Of a stretch of DNA of 64,000 nt, positions 10,343 to 20,742 are shown piece by piece. This DNA comes from Candidatus Poribacteria bacterium (GTDB lineage: Bacteria > Poribacteria > WGA-4E > WGA-3G): positions 352,001-416,000 of the forward strand of contig CAXXLX010000002.1 in assembly GCA_963665235.2 (NCBI GenBank), given 5' to 3'. Numbering within the stretch: position 1 is the stretch's first letter; each line of letters starts with the position of its first letter. The position numbers and the translations under genes were made by a program. Under the pieces are notes generated by a model. The model did no database searches. It saw only the letters and a list, made by a program, of their open reading frames with translations, and was not told where the DNA came from.

Positions 10343-11978
10343 GACCTGTTTCGTTGTAGTTATCGGGTAAATCGTTCTCAAAAAGGACCACATCGCCCGG
10401 TTTTACGCGTTTTTCCAGCTGCTGCTGTGCCTCAGCAAAGTCAGCAGCAACAAAAACTTGCTGCTGCGGATAATTAGCGGCCTTGAGCCCATCTATAATG
10501 GGCACCGTTCTCATTTTCCCTACCAAAATAATAAAATCGCACACCCTTGCAGCTTCCGAACCGAAATGCTTATTTTCATCATATTCACGTTCACCTAATT
10601 CTACCATCCCGGGGGTTACCAGAATCTTTTTCCGGTGCTTCTCACTCGTAAAGTCGTTAAGAACGTCGAGAGCTGTTTTCGCTCCCAAGGGATTTGCATT
10701 GAAACTGTCGTCAATAACGGTCACACCTGCCTCGCCATCTATCAACTGTAAACGGTGCGGTACCGATTGTAAGGTTTCAACTGCCTCCCGAATTTCATGC
10801 AGCGTCATGCCGCACGTCAACGCAACACCTACTGCAGCGAGGATATTGGAGACGTTATGCTGACCCAACAACCGGGTTGTCATCACAACACTCCCAGCAA
10901 CATCGTCTATCACGGTAAACGTTAACCCTTTGTAGCTCTGCTCAATCTGGGATGCTCTCAATTTCACTACCGTGTCGTCAGCCGATGTGGGCGACATGCT
11001 CTGGATACCGTACCGGATAACTGGCACATGTTCAGTCTTATCGGCAAGTTTTGCACAGATTTCGTTATCTACATTGATGACAGCGAGCCCATCTGGGGGG
11101 AGCGATTCGATTAGCTCATATTTCGCACGGGTGGTATTTTCAATGCTCTTAAATCGCTCTAAATGTTGCGGCCCGACGGCGGTAAGTATGCCGATAGATG
11201 GCGATGCAAGATTACACAGCTGCCGGATATCACCACGTTTATAGGCACCCATCTCAACGATAAACAGCTCGTGCTCCTCTGACAAATCACCCCGAATCAC
11301 CTTACAAATGCCCATCGGCGTGTTATAACTATCCGGTGTCATCAACGTGTTAAACTTTCGTGACAAAATCTGGTGTAGAATATATTTCGTGCTCGTCTTT
11401 CCGTAGCTGCCTGTGATTCCGATAACTTTAGGTTGAAGTGTCTTAAGTCTCCGTTTTGCATCGCGTAAATACGCACCGTTTATGAGACGTTCCAACGGCC
11501 AAATTAAAAGGTTGCTCACAACTAGATTCAACGTTGTCAGTTCACTGAAAAGAAAAAGCGATACGCGCCACCTATTCTCTCTTAAACCGAGAGCTAACCC
11601 GATGGCGAGTACTGATAGCAGTGCAAGGGACAGACCGAAAACCCGTTTTGCCCGGGCGGTATAAACGAGCGGTTTTTTCGCAGGAGGCTTCTTCTTACCA
11701 ACAATTTGATAGGTTTGAAACGCAATCCAAGCGAGACAGACTGCCGGAAAAACCCAATTCGTTTGACCCGCAGGATATCCCCACGTTAGTAGAATCAGGA
11801 AACCTGCTCCAAGGCAAATATCTTCAATCGCGAAGCAGCGCCTCGGATGCATCCAAATCCATTTCAGATAACGTCCCGTTTTATAGCCATCCAATTGGAG
11901 TATGTGGAGTCCGTGTGTTGTTCTAAAAACTGCCCTTACGAAACAGGCAAAAACTACGAGATAGAAAAATAGAATCAT
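10338..11978 (-). CDS. murF: MurF (tripeptide--D-Ala-D-Ala ligase) with an N-terminal multi-TM domain
   Basis: ITGSYGKTSTK, SYNTPMG, EMGA, QHLERF, DDSFNANP, PGMVELG, ENDLPD. About 170 aa of membrane N-terminus. Confidence 0.93.
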   Translation of the reverse strand: MILFFYLVVFACFVRAVFRTTHGLHILQLDGYKTGRYLKWIWMHPRRCFAIEDICLGAGFLILLTWGYPAGQTNWVFPAVCLAWIAFQTYQIVGKKKPPAKKPLVYTARAKRVFGLSLALLSVLAIGLALGLRENRWRVSLFLFSELTTLNLVVSNLLIWPLERLINGAYLRDAKRRLKTLQPKVIGITGSYGKTSTKYILHQILSRKFNTLMTPDSYNTPMGICKVIRGDLSEEHELFIVEMGAYKRGDIRQLCNLASPSIGILTAVGPQHLERFKSIENTTRAKYELIESLPPDGLAVINVDNEICAKLADKTEHVPVIRYGIQSMSPTSADDTVVKLRASQIEQSYKGLTFTVIDDVAGSVVMTTRLLGQHNVSNILAAVGVALTCGMTLHEIREAVETLQSVPHRLQLIDGEAGVTVIDDSFNANPLGAKTALDVLNDFTSEKHRKKILVTPGMVELGEREYDENKHFGSEAARVCDFIILVGKMRTVPIIDGLKAANYPQQQVFVAADFAEAQQQLEKRVKPGDVVLFENDLPDNYNETGL

Positions 11979-11995
11979 GTGGCCTCTGTGCATCG

Positions 11996-12772
11996 CTATT
12001 GTGTTGATGCTAAAAAGGTTGTTACGTGTTGTCGAAACTGGGGAAATTGGTCGAGATAAGAGAAATGCCCAGCATCTTTAAGGATGACCAATTCGGTGTC
12101 CGGTATTTCCTTCTCCATTATTTTTCCGAAGGAGACAGGGGTATCCTTATCGTTTTCTCCCCAAATTAATAACGTAGATGCCCTGATTTTTGGGAGAAGC
12201 GGTCGCAAATCCTGCTTAACAGACTTGACAAGCGTTGCTCGCATCGTCCCCGCATTCCGATAATCTGTCGAACCTGCCCGTTCTGACAGGATATCCGCCC
12301 AGTTGTTACCGAAGGTGCCGCAACGTCTCAGCAAGCGTCCAATTTTTGAAAGGCTCACCCGCATATAGTATTTCGCGTTTCTGCGTTTGAGCCCGGCACT
12401 ATTCACTAAAATTAGTTTATCTACGTTTTCCGGTGCCTCGGCTGCCATCACTATGGAAATTCTGCCGCCGTAAGAATGGCCGATGAGATGTGCCTTGTCA
12501 ATACCAATTTTGTCAAAAAAGGCTGAAAGACATCGGGCATAGTCGGTTGCATTCCAGCCTGTCAAAGGCGGTTCGCTCAACCCGAAACCGGGGAGGTCAA
12601 GTGCATAAACCTTGTATGAAGGCGAAAGCCACTCAAAAATAGGCGTAAAACTGTTCGATTCTGCACCCCACCCGTGTAGCAGCACAACAGTTTCACCTTC
12701 CCCCGCAACCTGATATGAAATCTTTAACCCATTAATTTCTATGAACAAATTCTGAGGCGACTTTTCGGTCAT
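11996..12772 (-). CDS. Alpha/beta fold hydrolase
   Basis: LLHGWG, DLPGFG, GHSYGG nucleophile elbow, WGEND, AGH. Start uncertain; overlaps the murE 3' end. Confidence 0.9.
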   Translation of the reverse strand: MTEKSPQNLFIEINGLKISYQVAGEGETVVLLHGWGAESNSFTPIFEWLSPSYKVYALDLPGFGLSEPPLTGWNATDYARCLSAFFDKIGIDKAHLIGHSYGGRISIVMAAEAPENVDKLILVNSAGLKRRNAKYYMRVSLSKIGRLLRRCGTFGNNWADILSERAGSTDYRNAGTMRATLVKSVKQDLRPLLPKIRASTLLIWGENDKDTPVSFGKIMEKEIPDTELVILKDAGHFSYLDQFPQFRQHVTTFLASTQ

Positions 12773-14252
12773 CGAATGGGAACCGTTCGCCATGAATTTC
12801 CTGGTAGTCCTCATGTCCTTTTCCTGCAATGACGACGATATCCCCTGGATTTGCATGCGCGATTGCATATTGAATCGCTTCGCGTCTCTCCGGGATACAC
12901 AAATATGCTGCACCATGTGGTAAATTTGATACAATTTCTTTAATGATTTCATTAGGGTTTTCCGTGCGCGGATTGTCGGAGGTAATCACACTTAAATCAG
13001 CCAATTCGAGGGAAATTTTCCCCATTTTGGGTCTTTTTTTCCTATCTCGGTCCCCGCCACAGCCGAAAACGGCGATTAATTTTCCATCTGTGATATTGCG
13101 TGCGGCGGTCAGTACATTTTCCAAACCATCAGGGGTGTGTGCATAATCTACGATGACAGCGAAATCCTGTTCCATCTTATTCGCGGCGGTAACAAGCTCA
13201 AAACGCCCAGGGACGACAGTTGCAGCGAGCCCGTGGCGAATCGCTGCCGGGCTACAATTGTAACGCATCCCCACCCCTATTGCAGCAAGGGCATTGTAAA
13301 CATTATAATTCCCGAGTAGATGAATAGTCGCCTGAATCTTCCGGCTTACGTTGTTTTTTAAAGCTTTATTACCGTTCTCGCTCTGCACCACTGTAAACGC
13401 TAGCTCCTTCAGGGATACTGCTATATCGCGCGCCTGCAAATCGGCATCCGTTTCAATGCCGTACCGTAAAATGTTTGCATGTGGCAAGTGCTTCGCTATG
13501 CGTGGTGTAGCTGGTGAATCGGCGTTTAAGATTGCTACGCCTTCCGGACTGAGTTGTGAGAACAGCATTAGTTTAGCAGCGAAGTAGTTCTCCATTGTGC
13601 CGTGGTAGTCTAAATGGTCTTGCGTTAGGTTGGTAAAGACAGCTGTATGATATGTGAGCCCTGTCAATCGGTGTTGTGCAAGTCCCTGGGAGGAGGTTTC
13701 CATAACGACATATTCAATGCCTGCATCAGCCATCTGTTTTAGCAGTGCGTGAAGTTGAAATGCATCGGGGGTCGTCAGTTGTGCGGGAATATCAATTTTT
13801 GTCGGGGATTTTGCGTCTGTTTCATAGGTATGTCCAACTGTTCCGAGTACAGCGGTTTTCAGCCCGTGTGCCTTCAGAATGCCGTATGTCAGATGTGCTG
13901 TTGAAGTTTTTCCGTTTGTGCCAGTGATACCGATGAGTTTCAATCGTCTTGCGGGGTTCCCATGCCAATTAGCGGCACTTAAGGCTTGAGCACACCGGCC
14001 GTTAGCGGTCCTAATGTATGTTACACCTATAGGCACCTCGGATGTGTGCTTTTCTGCGATGATTGCTCGCGCCCCGTTTTGAATCGCCCCGGCAATAAAG
14101 CGGTGTCCATCAACGTTTAAACCTTCATAGCAGATAAAGGCGTATCCGGGCTTGACTTTCCGGTGGTCGCTGACAACCCCTGTGATTTCTACATTGTGTT
14201 CCCCTGTGATGTCTATGATTTCAATACCGTTCAGAAGCTCCTGGAGTTTCAT
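12732..14252 (-). CDS. murE: UDP-MurNAc-dipeptide--meso-DAP ligase
   Basis: ITGTNGKTS, TTPD, ETSS, NLTQDHLDYH, DYAHTPDG, DNPR (the meso-DAP signature) and AGKGHE. Confidence 0.97.
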   Translation of the reverse strand: MKLQELLNGIEIIDITGEHNVEITGVVSDHRKVKPGYAFICYEGLNVDGHRFIAGAIQNGARAIIAEKHTSEVPIGVTYIRTANGRCAQALSAANWHGNPARRLKLIGITGTNGKTSTAHLTYGILKAHGLKTAVLGTVGHTYETDAKSPTKIDIPAQLTTPDAFQLHALLKQMADAGIEYVVMETSSQGLAQHRLTGLTYHTAVFTNLTQDHLDYHGTMENYFAAKLMLFSQLSPEGVAILNADSPATPRIAKHLPHANILRYGIETDADLQARDIAVSLKELAFTVVQSENGNKALKNNVSRKIQATIHLLGNYNVYNALAAIGVGMRYNCSPAAIRHGLAATVVPGRFELVTAANKMEQDFAVIVDYAHTPDGLENVLTAARNITDGKLIAVFGCGGDRDRKKRPKMGKISLELADLSVITSDNPRTENPNEIIKEIVSNLPHGAAYLCIPERREAIQYAIAHANPGDIVVIAGKGHEDYQEIHGERFPFDDRKVASEFVHRN

Positions 14253-16147
14253 AAACCGCCTCCCTGCTCCAACGCGGCATTTGATAACACTGTCGTCTGC
14301 GAATCGTCTCTGCGCGTCAACCCCTCTCTAACCCCACCGTTTTGTGGCTCGCTCCGAAGGCTAAGCGCGTTGGCATCTGAGGTTTTTACCTTACGTCTAC
14401 TTATGGCATCTTCCTTTGTTGAGTAGTCAGGCTCGTCCTCAAAAAAGTCTGTCTGTTCAATATACTGAATAGCTTGGGTGGCAATTTGTTTGAAAATTGG
14501 TGCGGCAACTTGACTGCTGTACCGTGCGCCTTTCGGTTCGTCAATAGTGACAATAATCGCAATTTGTGGGTTATCGGCTGGCAGGAATCCCATAAATGAC
14601 ATGACCTCCTTACCCGCGGCGTAACCTTTTCCTCTTTCAGCCTTCTGTGCTGTTCCTGTTTTCCCTGCGACGAGATACCCCTCTATTTTGGCACGTCTGC
14701 CGCTTCCATTTTCTACAACCCCTGTCAGGATGTCAGTCATCTGTCTGGCTACTTCCGGACGCAACACCCGTTGCATTTCAATCGGATAAACCCTTTTGAT
14801 AAGGTTACCTTGTGCATCGCGAATTTCTTTGGTAATATAGGGGCGGCGGAGAATACCGCCATTCGCAATTACGTTCAAGGCGTTCACCATTTGCAAAGGC
14901 GTAACCGCAATACCCTGCCCATAAGGAATGGACCCGAGTGAGTTCGCATCCCAATGCCGCAACGCATAGAGGTTGCCAATCTGTTCGTATGGCAGGTCAA
15001 CGCCTGTCAATTTTCCGAAACCGAAACGTTTTATGTACGCTTGAAATTGCTTATGCCCTAACCGCTCCACAATTTTTATCATGCCGATATTGCTCGATTT
15101 GTGTAGCACCTCGGCAAGCGTTAGCCACCCTTTCGCAGAAACATCTTTAACAGTCCGCCCATTGGGAAGACGATATCGGCCATTTTGACAAAAAATGCTT
15201 GAACTTGGGCTCATGATGCCTTCGTTCAGGACAGCAGCAGCACCGACAATTTTGAAAATGGAGCCAGGCTCATAGGTATACCAAATTCCGAGATTCCGCT
15301 TCGTTTCCTCGTCCCCGTGTGCGTAATTGTTCAGGTCGTAAGATGGATAACTTGCCATCGCTAAAATCTCTGAGGTTGACACGGACAAAACAATTGCGGT
15401 CCCCCGAGGCGCGTTCCACTCTCGACACCCAACTGATAATGCCTTTTCGGTAATATCCTGGATATACTCATCAATCGTTAGAACGACATTACATGCATAA
15501 TTTCCGAGCATGTCTGAACCGACTTGTCCGTTGGCTCCGGGCGCGCCTACGTTTGCGCTCCTATGAACTGAGCCTCTATGCTGCTTCTGAAGATAGTTGT
15601 TGTAGTAAAATTCAACGCCTTCTCCTTCTTCAGCATCGTTGAGGTATCCGATAACTTGTGCAGCGAGGTCCCCCTTCGGATAGATGCGTCTCTGTTTCAC
15701 CTTATAGCGAATCCCGCTATATTTTTCGGCAAGATTTTGGATTGCATCTAACGCTTCATAATCAACGTTCTTCTGTAGGGAAACGAACTCTCTCTGCTTA
15801 CGCCGCAGTTGTGCCAGCAATTGCGTTTTATCAGCGCCTAAAATCTCAGCCAATTCGGCGGCGACACGGGTCGGATTAACATTTTTCGCATTCAGATACC
15901 TCGGATCGGCGGAAACCCAAAGCCGGTCTTGACTGATACCTAGCACGTGGCCATGCCTGTCTAAAATTTTGCCGCGTTTAACCTGCTGTTTGTCCCGAGA
16001 ACGCCAATCCGCGCGTGTTTCCGTGGCAGCCTCACGTTCTAAAAACTGAAGAGTGAACAGCTTGCCCATCAATAATAGAAAGCCGCCCTGTAAGACTACC
16101 AAAATAAGGATAAGACGGATAACTGAAATACGTAGGGTTTTTTTCAT
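14249..16147 (-). CDS. ftsI: Penicillin-binding protein 3 / FtsI
   Basis: RGKILDR, RIYP.G, LTID, EPGSIFK (SxxK), SSN, KTGT. Confidence 0.93.
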   Translation of the reverse strand: MKKTLRISVIRLILILVVLQGGFLLLMGKLFTLQFLEREAATETRADWRSRDKQQVKRGKILDRHGHVLGISQDRLWVSADPRYLNAKNVNPTRVAAELAEILGADKTQLLAQLRRKQREFVSLQKNVDYEALDAIQNLAEKYSGIRYKVKQRRIYPKGDLAAQVIGYLNDAEEGEGVEFYYNNYLQKQHRGSVHRSANVGAPGANGQVGSDMLGNYACNVVLTIDEYIQDITEKALSVGCREWNAPRGTAIVLSVSTSEILAMASYPSYDLNNYAHGDEETKRNLGIWYTYEPGSIFKIVGAAAVLNEGIMSPSSSIFCQNGRYRLPNGRTVKDVSAKGWLTLAEVLHKSSNIGMIKIVERLGHKQFQAYIKRFGFGKLTGVDLPYEQIGNLYALRHWDANSLGSIPYGQGIAVTPLQMVNALNVIANGGILRRPYITKEIRDAQGNLIKRVYPIEMQRVLRPEVARQMTDILTGVVENGSGRRAKIEGYLVAGKTGTAQKAERGKGYAAGKEVMSFMGFLPADNPQIAIIVTIDEPKGARYSSQVAAPIFKQIATQAIQYIEQTDFFEDEPDYSTKEDAISRRKVKTSDANALSLRSEPQNGGVREGLTRRDDSQTTVLSNAALEQGGGL

Positions 16148-16215
16148 GATTCTCCTTACAACTGTTTACAAGTACCGGACACTGCTACCTTAGTGGGAAC
16201 GTCAAGAGAAAAGGG

Positions 16216-16539
16216 TTATTTATCCTGGAGCCGCTGTGTTTCGCCAGTCCATTCCTCCATCCCCAACTCTTTCGCAATTTGACGCACCCGCTTCACTTCA
16301 GTTAATGTTTCCACCACCAGCTCCAACTTATGAATTTCATGTTGAGTTTGGCTGCGTTGCTTCTGAAACACTGGCCCCTGCCGAAGCACAACCCGCTTTG
16401 CATAAGATGAAAACCAGACGCTGGCACTAAAAACACATAAAGCTAGTGCTAACACTACGTAGACAATCGAAATTGTCAATTTCGGTTTGCGTTCCTCTTT
16501 TTCTTCAGTTTGTGTTGTGTACTTGTTTGAATTCCGCAT
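16216..16539 (-). CDS. ftsL: Probable FtsL-like cell division protein
   Basis: Small protein with one TM and a coiled coil, RVRQIAKELGM motif. Position between rsmH and ftsI. Confidence 0.65.
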   Translation of the reverse strand: MRNSNKYTTQTEEKEERKPKLTISIVYVVLALALCVFSASVWFSSYAKRVVLRQGPVFQKQRSQTQHEIHKLELVVETLTEVKRVRQIAKELGMEEWTGETQRLQDK

Positions 16540-16567
16540 CTTTAAATCTATACGTTCAATTTCAAGG

Positions 16568-17572
16568 TTAAGATACACTTTTTTGACTATCACGTCCGGG
16601 CTCGGATAACTTGACTGCAACACGCAACTTTGCACTCCGGGCCCGCGGGTTTGCTGCAACTTCGTTCGCTGATGGCTGCACGGGGGTCTTCGTTACAACA
16701 CGCAGCAACTGACGATGTTCACAAATACAGATAGGTGTTTTCGGCGGACAGATACAAGACTTCGCTAAATCACGAAACCGCCGCTTCACTAAACGGTCCT
16801 CTAACGAATGGAAACTAATAACACACAGGGATGCCCCCGGTTTCAATACTGAAACGACTGTATCTAATCCAATCGACAAATTCTCCAACTCCCCGTTTAC
16901 CTGAATTCGGAGTGCCTGAAACACCCGCGTGGCGGGATGTAATCGCACCCCTTTCCGATGGGAAGACGAAGAGACTTTACCTCCTCCGACCTTATGGCGG
17001 TAAGCACGTTTTACTATTTCTGCCAATTCTATAGTTGTTGTTATCGGTTTCTCCGTGCGTCGTGCAACGATGTCCCGAGCAATTCGTCTGGCAAACCGTT
17101 CCTCGCCATATTCCTTGAATATATTCACCAATTCCTCAGGTGTGCTTTCGTTAACAAGGTCTGCAGCGGAAACCCTATCGCGCAAATCCATCCGCATATC
17201 TAAAGCCCCAAGGTGTTGAAAACTGAACCCTCTGCTAGGTGTATCTAACTGCAACGAGGATACCCCGAGGTCAAGCAGGACACCGTCTACCTCACTAACG
17301 GTGTGCGTTTGTAGCAGTTGCTGAAGATGTGCAAAGTTCCCGTGAATCAAGGAAACTCGGTCCTTGAAAGCGTGCAAACGCGTGCTTGCAATTCCGAGAG
17401 CTTCTGCATCTCTATCAATACCAATGACGCGACCGGTCGGACTGGATTTTTTCAAAATTCGGAGACTGTGTCCGCCTAAACCAATTGTCGCATCTATATA
17501 AATGCCTTCCGGTTCCGGTTTAAGAAAATCGAGTACTTCATCACATAAAACGGGTATGTGCATTTCCTGCAT
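16568..17572 (-). CDS. rsmH: 16S rRNA m4C1402 methyltransferase
   Basis: HIPVL, DATIGLGGHS, DLGVSSLQLD..RGFSF, LDMRMD, HPATRVFQALRI, FHSLEDR, NPRARSAKLR. Confidence 0.97.
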   Translation of the reverse strand: MQEMHIPVLCDEVLDFLKPEPEGIYIDATIGLGGHSLRILKKSSPTGRVIGIDRDAEALGIASTRLHAFKDRVSLIHGNFAHLQQLLQTHTVSEVDGVLLDLGVSSLQLDTPSRGFSFQHLGALDMRMDLRDRVSAADLVNESTPEELVNIFKEYGEERFARRIARDIVARRTEKPITTTIELAEIVKRAYRHKVGGGKVSSSSHRKGVRLHPATRVFQALRIQVNGELENLSIGLDTVVSVLKPGASLCVISFHSLEDRLVKRRFRDLAKSCICPPKTPICICEHRQLLRVVTKTPVQPSANEVAANPRARSAKLRVAVKLSEPGRDSQKSVS

Positions 17573-17596
17573 AGTGTTACCTCAAACATAATTTTA

Positions 17597-17613
17597 TAGC
17601 AAGAACCGTGCCA
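17597..17613 (-). promoter_or_regulatory. Putative sigma54 (-24/-12) promoter of the dcw cluster
   Basis: TGGCACGGTTCTTGCTA matches TGGCAC-N5-TTGCW, about 25 nt upstream of the rsmH ATG and SD. Confidence 0.7.
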
Positions 17614-17709
17614 AAATTTTGGGGTAATCAGGATTATGCTCTTTAATAAGAAAAATCTTGCACTTTTCTCCTTAATATGCTAATTTAACCTAAGGTGCCA
17701 CCTTTGTAA

Positions 17710-19089
17710 TACCATTTTTATTAATTATTCTATCATTACCGGTTGTTAGAAATGAGACGGAGAACGGAAGACCCAAACTGGAAGTTTATGCTACGATAAA
17801 GGGCACAAACTGGAAGTTTATGCTACGATAAAGGGCACAAACTGGAAGTTTATGCTACGATAAAGGGCACAAACATTCCTATTGTCCCAGGAGGTATTGT
17901 CTTATGTCAAAACGCCATGAACTTGAACTCAGTAAAGATGAACGCCAAAGACATTGAACGATACAGGGGAACCCGCTTATCTTCGGGAACGTGCGGCTGC
18001 CCTGCTAAAGATAGCCGCGGGAACTTCTCCACACAAAGTCGCCCTCAAAGGGCTGCTAAAGAAGCGAGATCCGGACACTGTTTATGCCTGGCTTCGCCGA
18101 TACCAAGAAGAGGGCATTCAAGGATTGTTTCATAGACCGGGCCGTGGCCGCAAACCCGCGTTCGCCCCCTGGATCCCCCGAAGAAGCAGAAACCGAGGCG
18201 TTGACGGCTATAGGACAAGACCCGGGACAAGTCAAGGCACATCAAACGCGCTGGACGCTTCGCACCGAGGTTGTGCCGTGGCTTGCTAAATCTCTGTGCC
18301 GGGTATCCATCAAATCTTCTCACGCCTGGGCATCAGCTATAAGCGTGCTAGACTTATGCTACAGACTATGCCAAGAAAATAATACAGCAAGTTTTAGAAG
18401 AAATCAAAACCCACAGAACACGGCTGTGCTTTATCAAGATTTCTCTACCGAAACCCCACTATAACTGGGCACAGACAGGGACAAAAACGCCATTAGCATC
18501 AGAGTTATCAATCGGATAAAACTAATCGGTGCTATGCCCCCATACAGGAGACGTTGTTTATCAGCAAGTGCCAAGCTGCACAGTTGTAGCCCTCCATACA
18601 TTTTATACCGATTTGCCAACGCTAGACAAGCAACGGAATCTTACAAGATAATCGGGCGGCCAAGATGGAGGCACTGCTGCCGCAATCGGTCTCCTTTGTG
18701 AAACCGACGATTGGACCGGAAAACTTTCCGAGAAAATCGGTGAACTGACAAACTGATTGAAGTTTATGCTACGGATAAAGCCTCTGCACAAACTTGGACA
18801 AGTTTATTGCTACGCTATCGGATTATTACCGAATTAATAAATTAATCTTCATGAAGTTTATGCTACGATAAAGGGCACAAACTGGAAGTTTATGCTACGA
18901 TAAAGGGCACAAACTGGAAGTTTATGCTACGATAAAGGGCACAAACTGGAAGTTTATGCTACGATAAAGGGCACAAACTGGAAGTTTATGCTACGATAAA
19001 GGGCACAAACTGGAAGTTTATGCTACGATAAAGCGCACAAACTGGAAGTTTATGCTACAAGAAAGAGCCATTTTCAATTAGAAATGGTA
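17710..19089. mobile_element. MITE with TACCATTT/AAATGGTA ends and TAA duplication, holding a split 32-bp REP array and an IS630 remnant
   Basis: Ends nearly identical to the 43055-43327 element. Array ACTGGAAGTTTATGCTACGATAAAGGGCACAA has 3 units at 17775-17874 and about 7 at 18853-19058. Confidence 0.75.
17904..18600 (+). pseudogene. IS630-family transposase remnant
   Basis: Across frameshifts: MSKRHELELS..., PAYLRERAAALL...DTVYAWLRRYQEEGIQGL..RPGRGRKP (HTH), RWTL, GISYKRAR, VLYQD, LIGA. Confidence 0.8.
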
Positions 19090-19236
19090 TAAGGTGCCGC
19101 CTTTGTAACATAATCTACCGGAATTGGCAAATTGGCAAGATGTTGTGATTCTAATACGCGGTCTGACGCGCGTCAGAGGGTTTAGATTCATCTCTTGCTA
19201 ACAGCCAACAGCCAATAGCCAATTTAGGAAAACCTT

Positions 19237-20505
19237 ATGCCGAACCAACGCGAAACAACTATTACAAACGAACTCGTCAACATCCTTCGACACATGCGAC
19301 ACGGATGGGATATTGAAATAGAGGTCAGAGCCTTCATAAAGGGCAGCAGTGAACTTGACGCGCTCGTGATTGAACACGGGAGAGAGCCGGTCGGCATTGA
19401 AGCAAAATTCGCCACTACCACTAACGCCAAAAAACTGCTCGAGCAGGCGGAAACACGACTTGTACTCGAACTTGAAACTGGATACCAGACCACCAGCAAA
19501 ACCCTTGATAACGTCATGGCAATTCTCTATCCCGACCGCTTTAAGACGGTGCCGGGACGCGATATTCAGGCAAAATTACGCGAGGCAGCCGACCTACAGT
19601 ATAAACTCGTCAATGCTGTCGGCGACACCGTGGGACACTTCCCGAAAAACGGATGGGCAACAGGCACAGCAGGCGACATTGCAAACGCACTCCACATCGG
19701 CGCAATGCCTACCTCTCAACTTGAAGAAGCTGCCGAAGAGATGAAGAAAAGTATCAACAAGGCGGCTTACCTACTTCAAGATGCTATTGTTGACCACCCT
19801 GCCATCGGCACAAAAATTGAGACGATTCTGCACCAAGCGGTTTTCTCTGAGTCGGCAGATAACACAGAAGAAAAACCGAACATCCAGACACTCCGCATGG
19901 CAGCCTTGATTATCACCGATGCCTTTGTCTTCCAAAGTTCCCTCGCGGGTAAACCGGAAATGAAAGCTGTCCGGTCCCTTCGCCAGCTCCTGCCCACAAT
20001 TGATTACGCCGATGTTATCACGGACTGGAACGCTATCCTTAAGGTTAACTACCGTCCAATCTTTGAGGATGCCCGGAACATAGTCGAGGCACTCGCTACG
20101 GATGATAGACTCGTCAACCCTATCTTAAAACTTCTATGTGAAGCTGCCAGAGACCTTGTGGATACCGATATTGCCCAAATCCATGAACTCGCGGGGATAG
20201 TGTTTCAAAAACTCATCACCGACCGGAAATATGTGAAGGCAAACTACACGTTACCGGAAAGTGCCGTGCTGCTCTCCAGCCTTGTAATGCCTGAACTGCC
20301 TGAAGGTAAACTTCCAAAAGTGGCAGACTTTGCATGTGGGACAGGCGCGCTGCTCAATGGGGTATACCAACGGACTCTGTCGCTGTATGAACAATCGGGT
20401 GGTAACGGTAGGGACATCCATCAGCGTATGTTAGAGAAGAATATCGGAGGGGTAGATATCATGCCGAATGCGACACACCTTACAGCCGCTGCGCTTGCCA
20501 AATGA
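19237..20505 (+). pseudogene. Truncated type IIG-like restriction-modification / N6-adenine methyltransferase protein
   Basis: N-terminal D..EAK nuclease-like motif, HELAG.VFQKLI.DRK..ANYT and motif I DFACGTGALL. The ORF stops before any NPP(Y/F) motif IV or TRD. Confidence 0.7.
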
Positions 20506-20662
20506 CGGGTTCGTTTTTTGGGTGTATGCCTCCGTTATAGGCCCCGCCTAAGTTTCGACCCAAATAGCACTACGTCATTTTAGAAACGGCGGAGAACTAC
20601 ATGGTCCATTGACCCATAAGTACAAAATATTTACACACCCTCCAAAAACTTTACACACCCCC

Positions 20663-20691
20663 TTGCAATCCCAAACAAAATATGATATACT
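20663..20691 (+). promoter_or_regulatory. Putative sigma70 promoter for nadD
   Basis: TTGCAA-17-TATACT with extended -10 TG. Confidence 0.6.
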
Positions 20692-20742
20692 TAAAACAGT
20701 GTAGACCGCGTAACAATATCTTACCCCGTTGGGGAGCAACAG

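Noticed and set aside
17775-19058. 32-bp tandem repeats (also 43119-43296 and 34795-34950) as CRISPR arrays
   Set aside because: Linkers are short and identical or nearly so, with no unique spacers and no cas genes. Units are GTAG+palindrome REPs.
20503-20583. UGA read-through of the RM-like gene (and of the TolB fragment at 35355)
   Set aside because: The downstream frame shows no family-like continuation and no SECIS-like hairpin. These are simple truncations.
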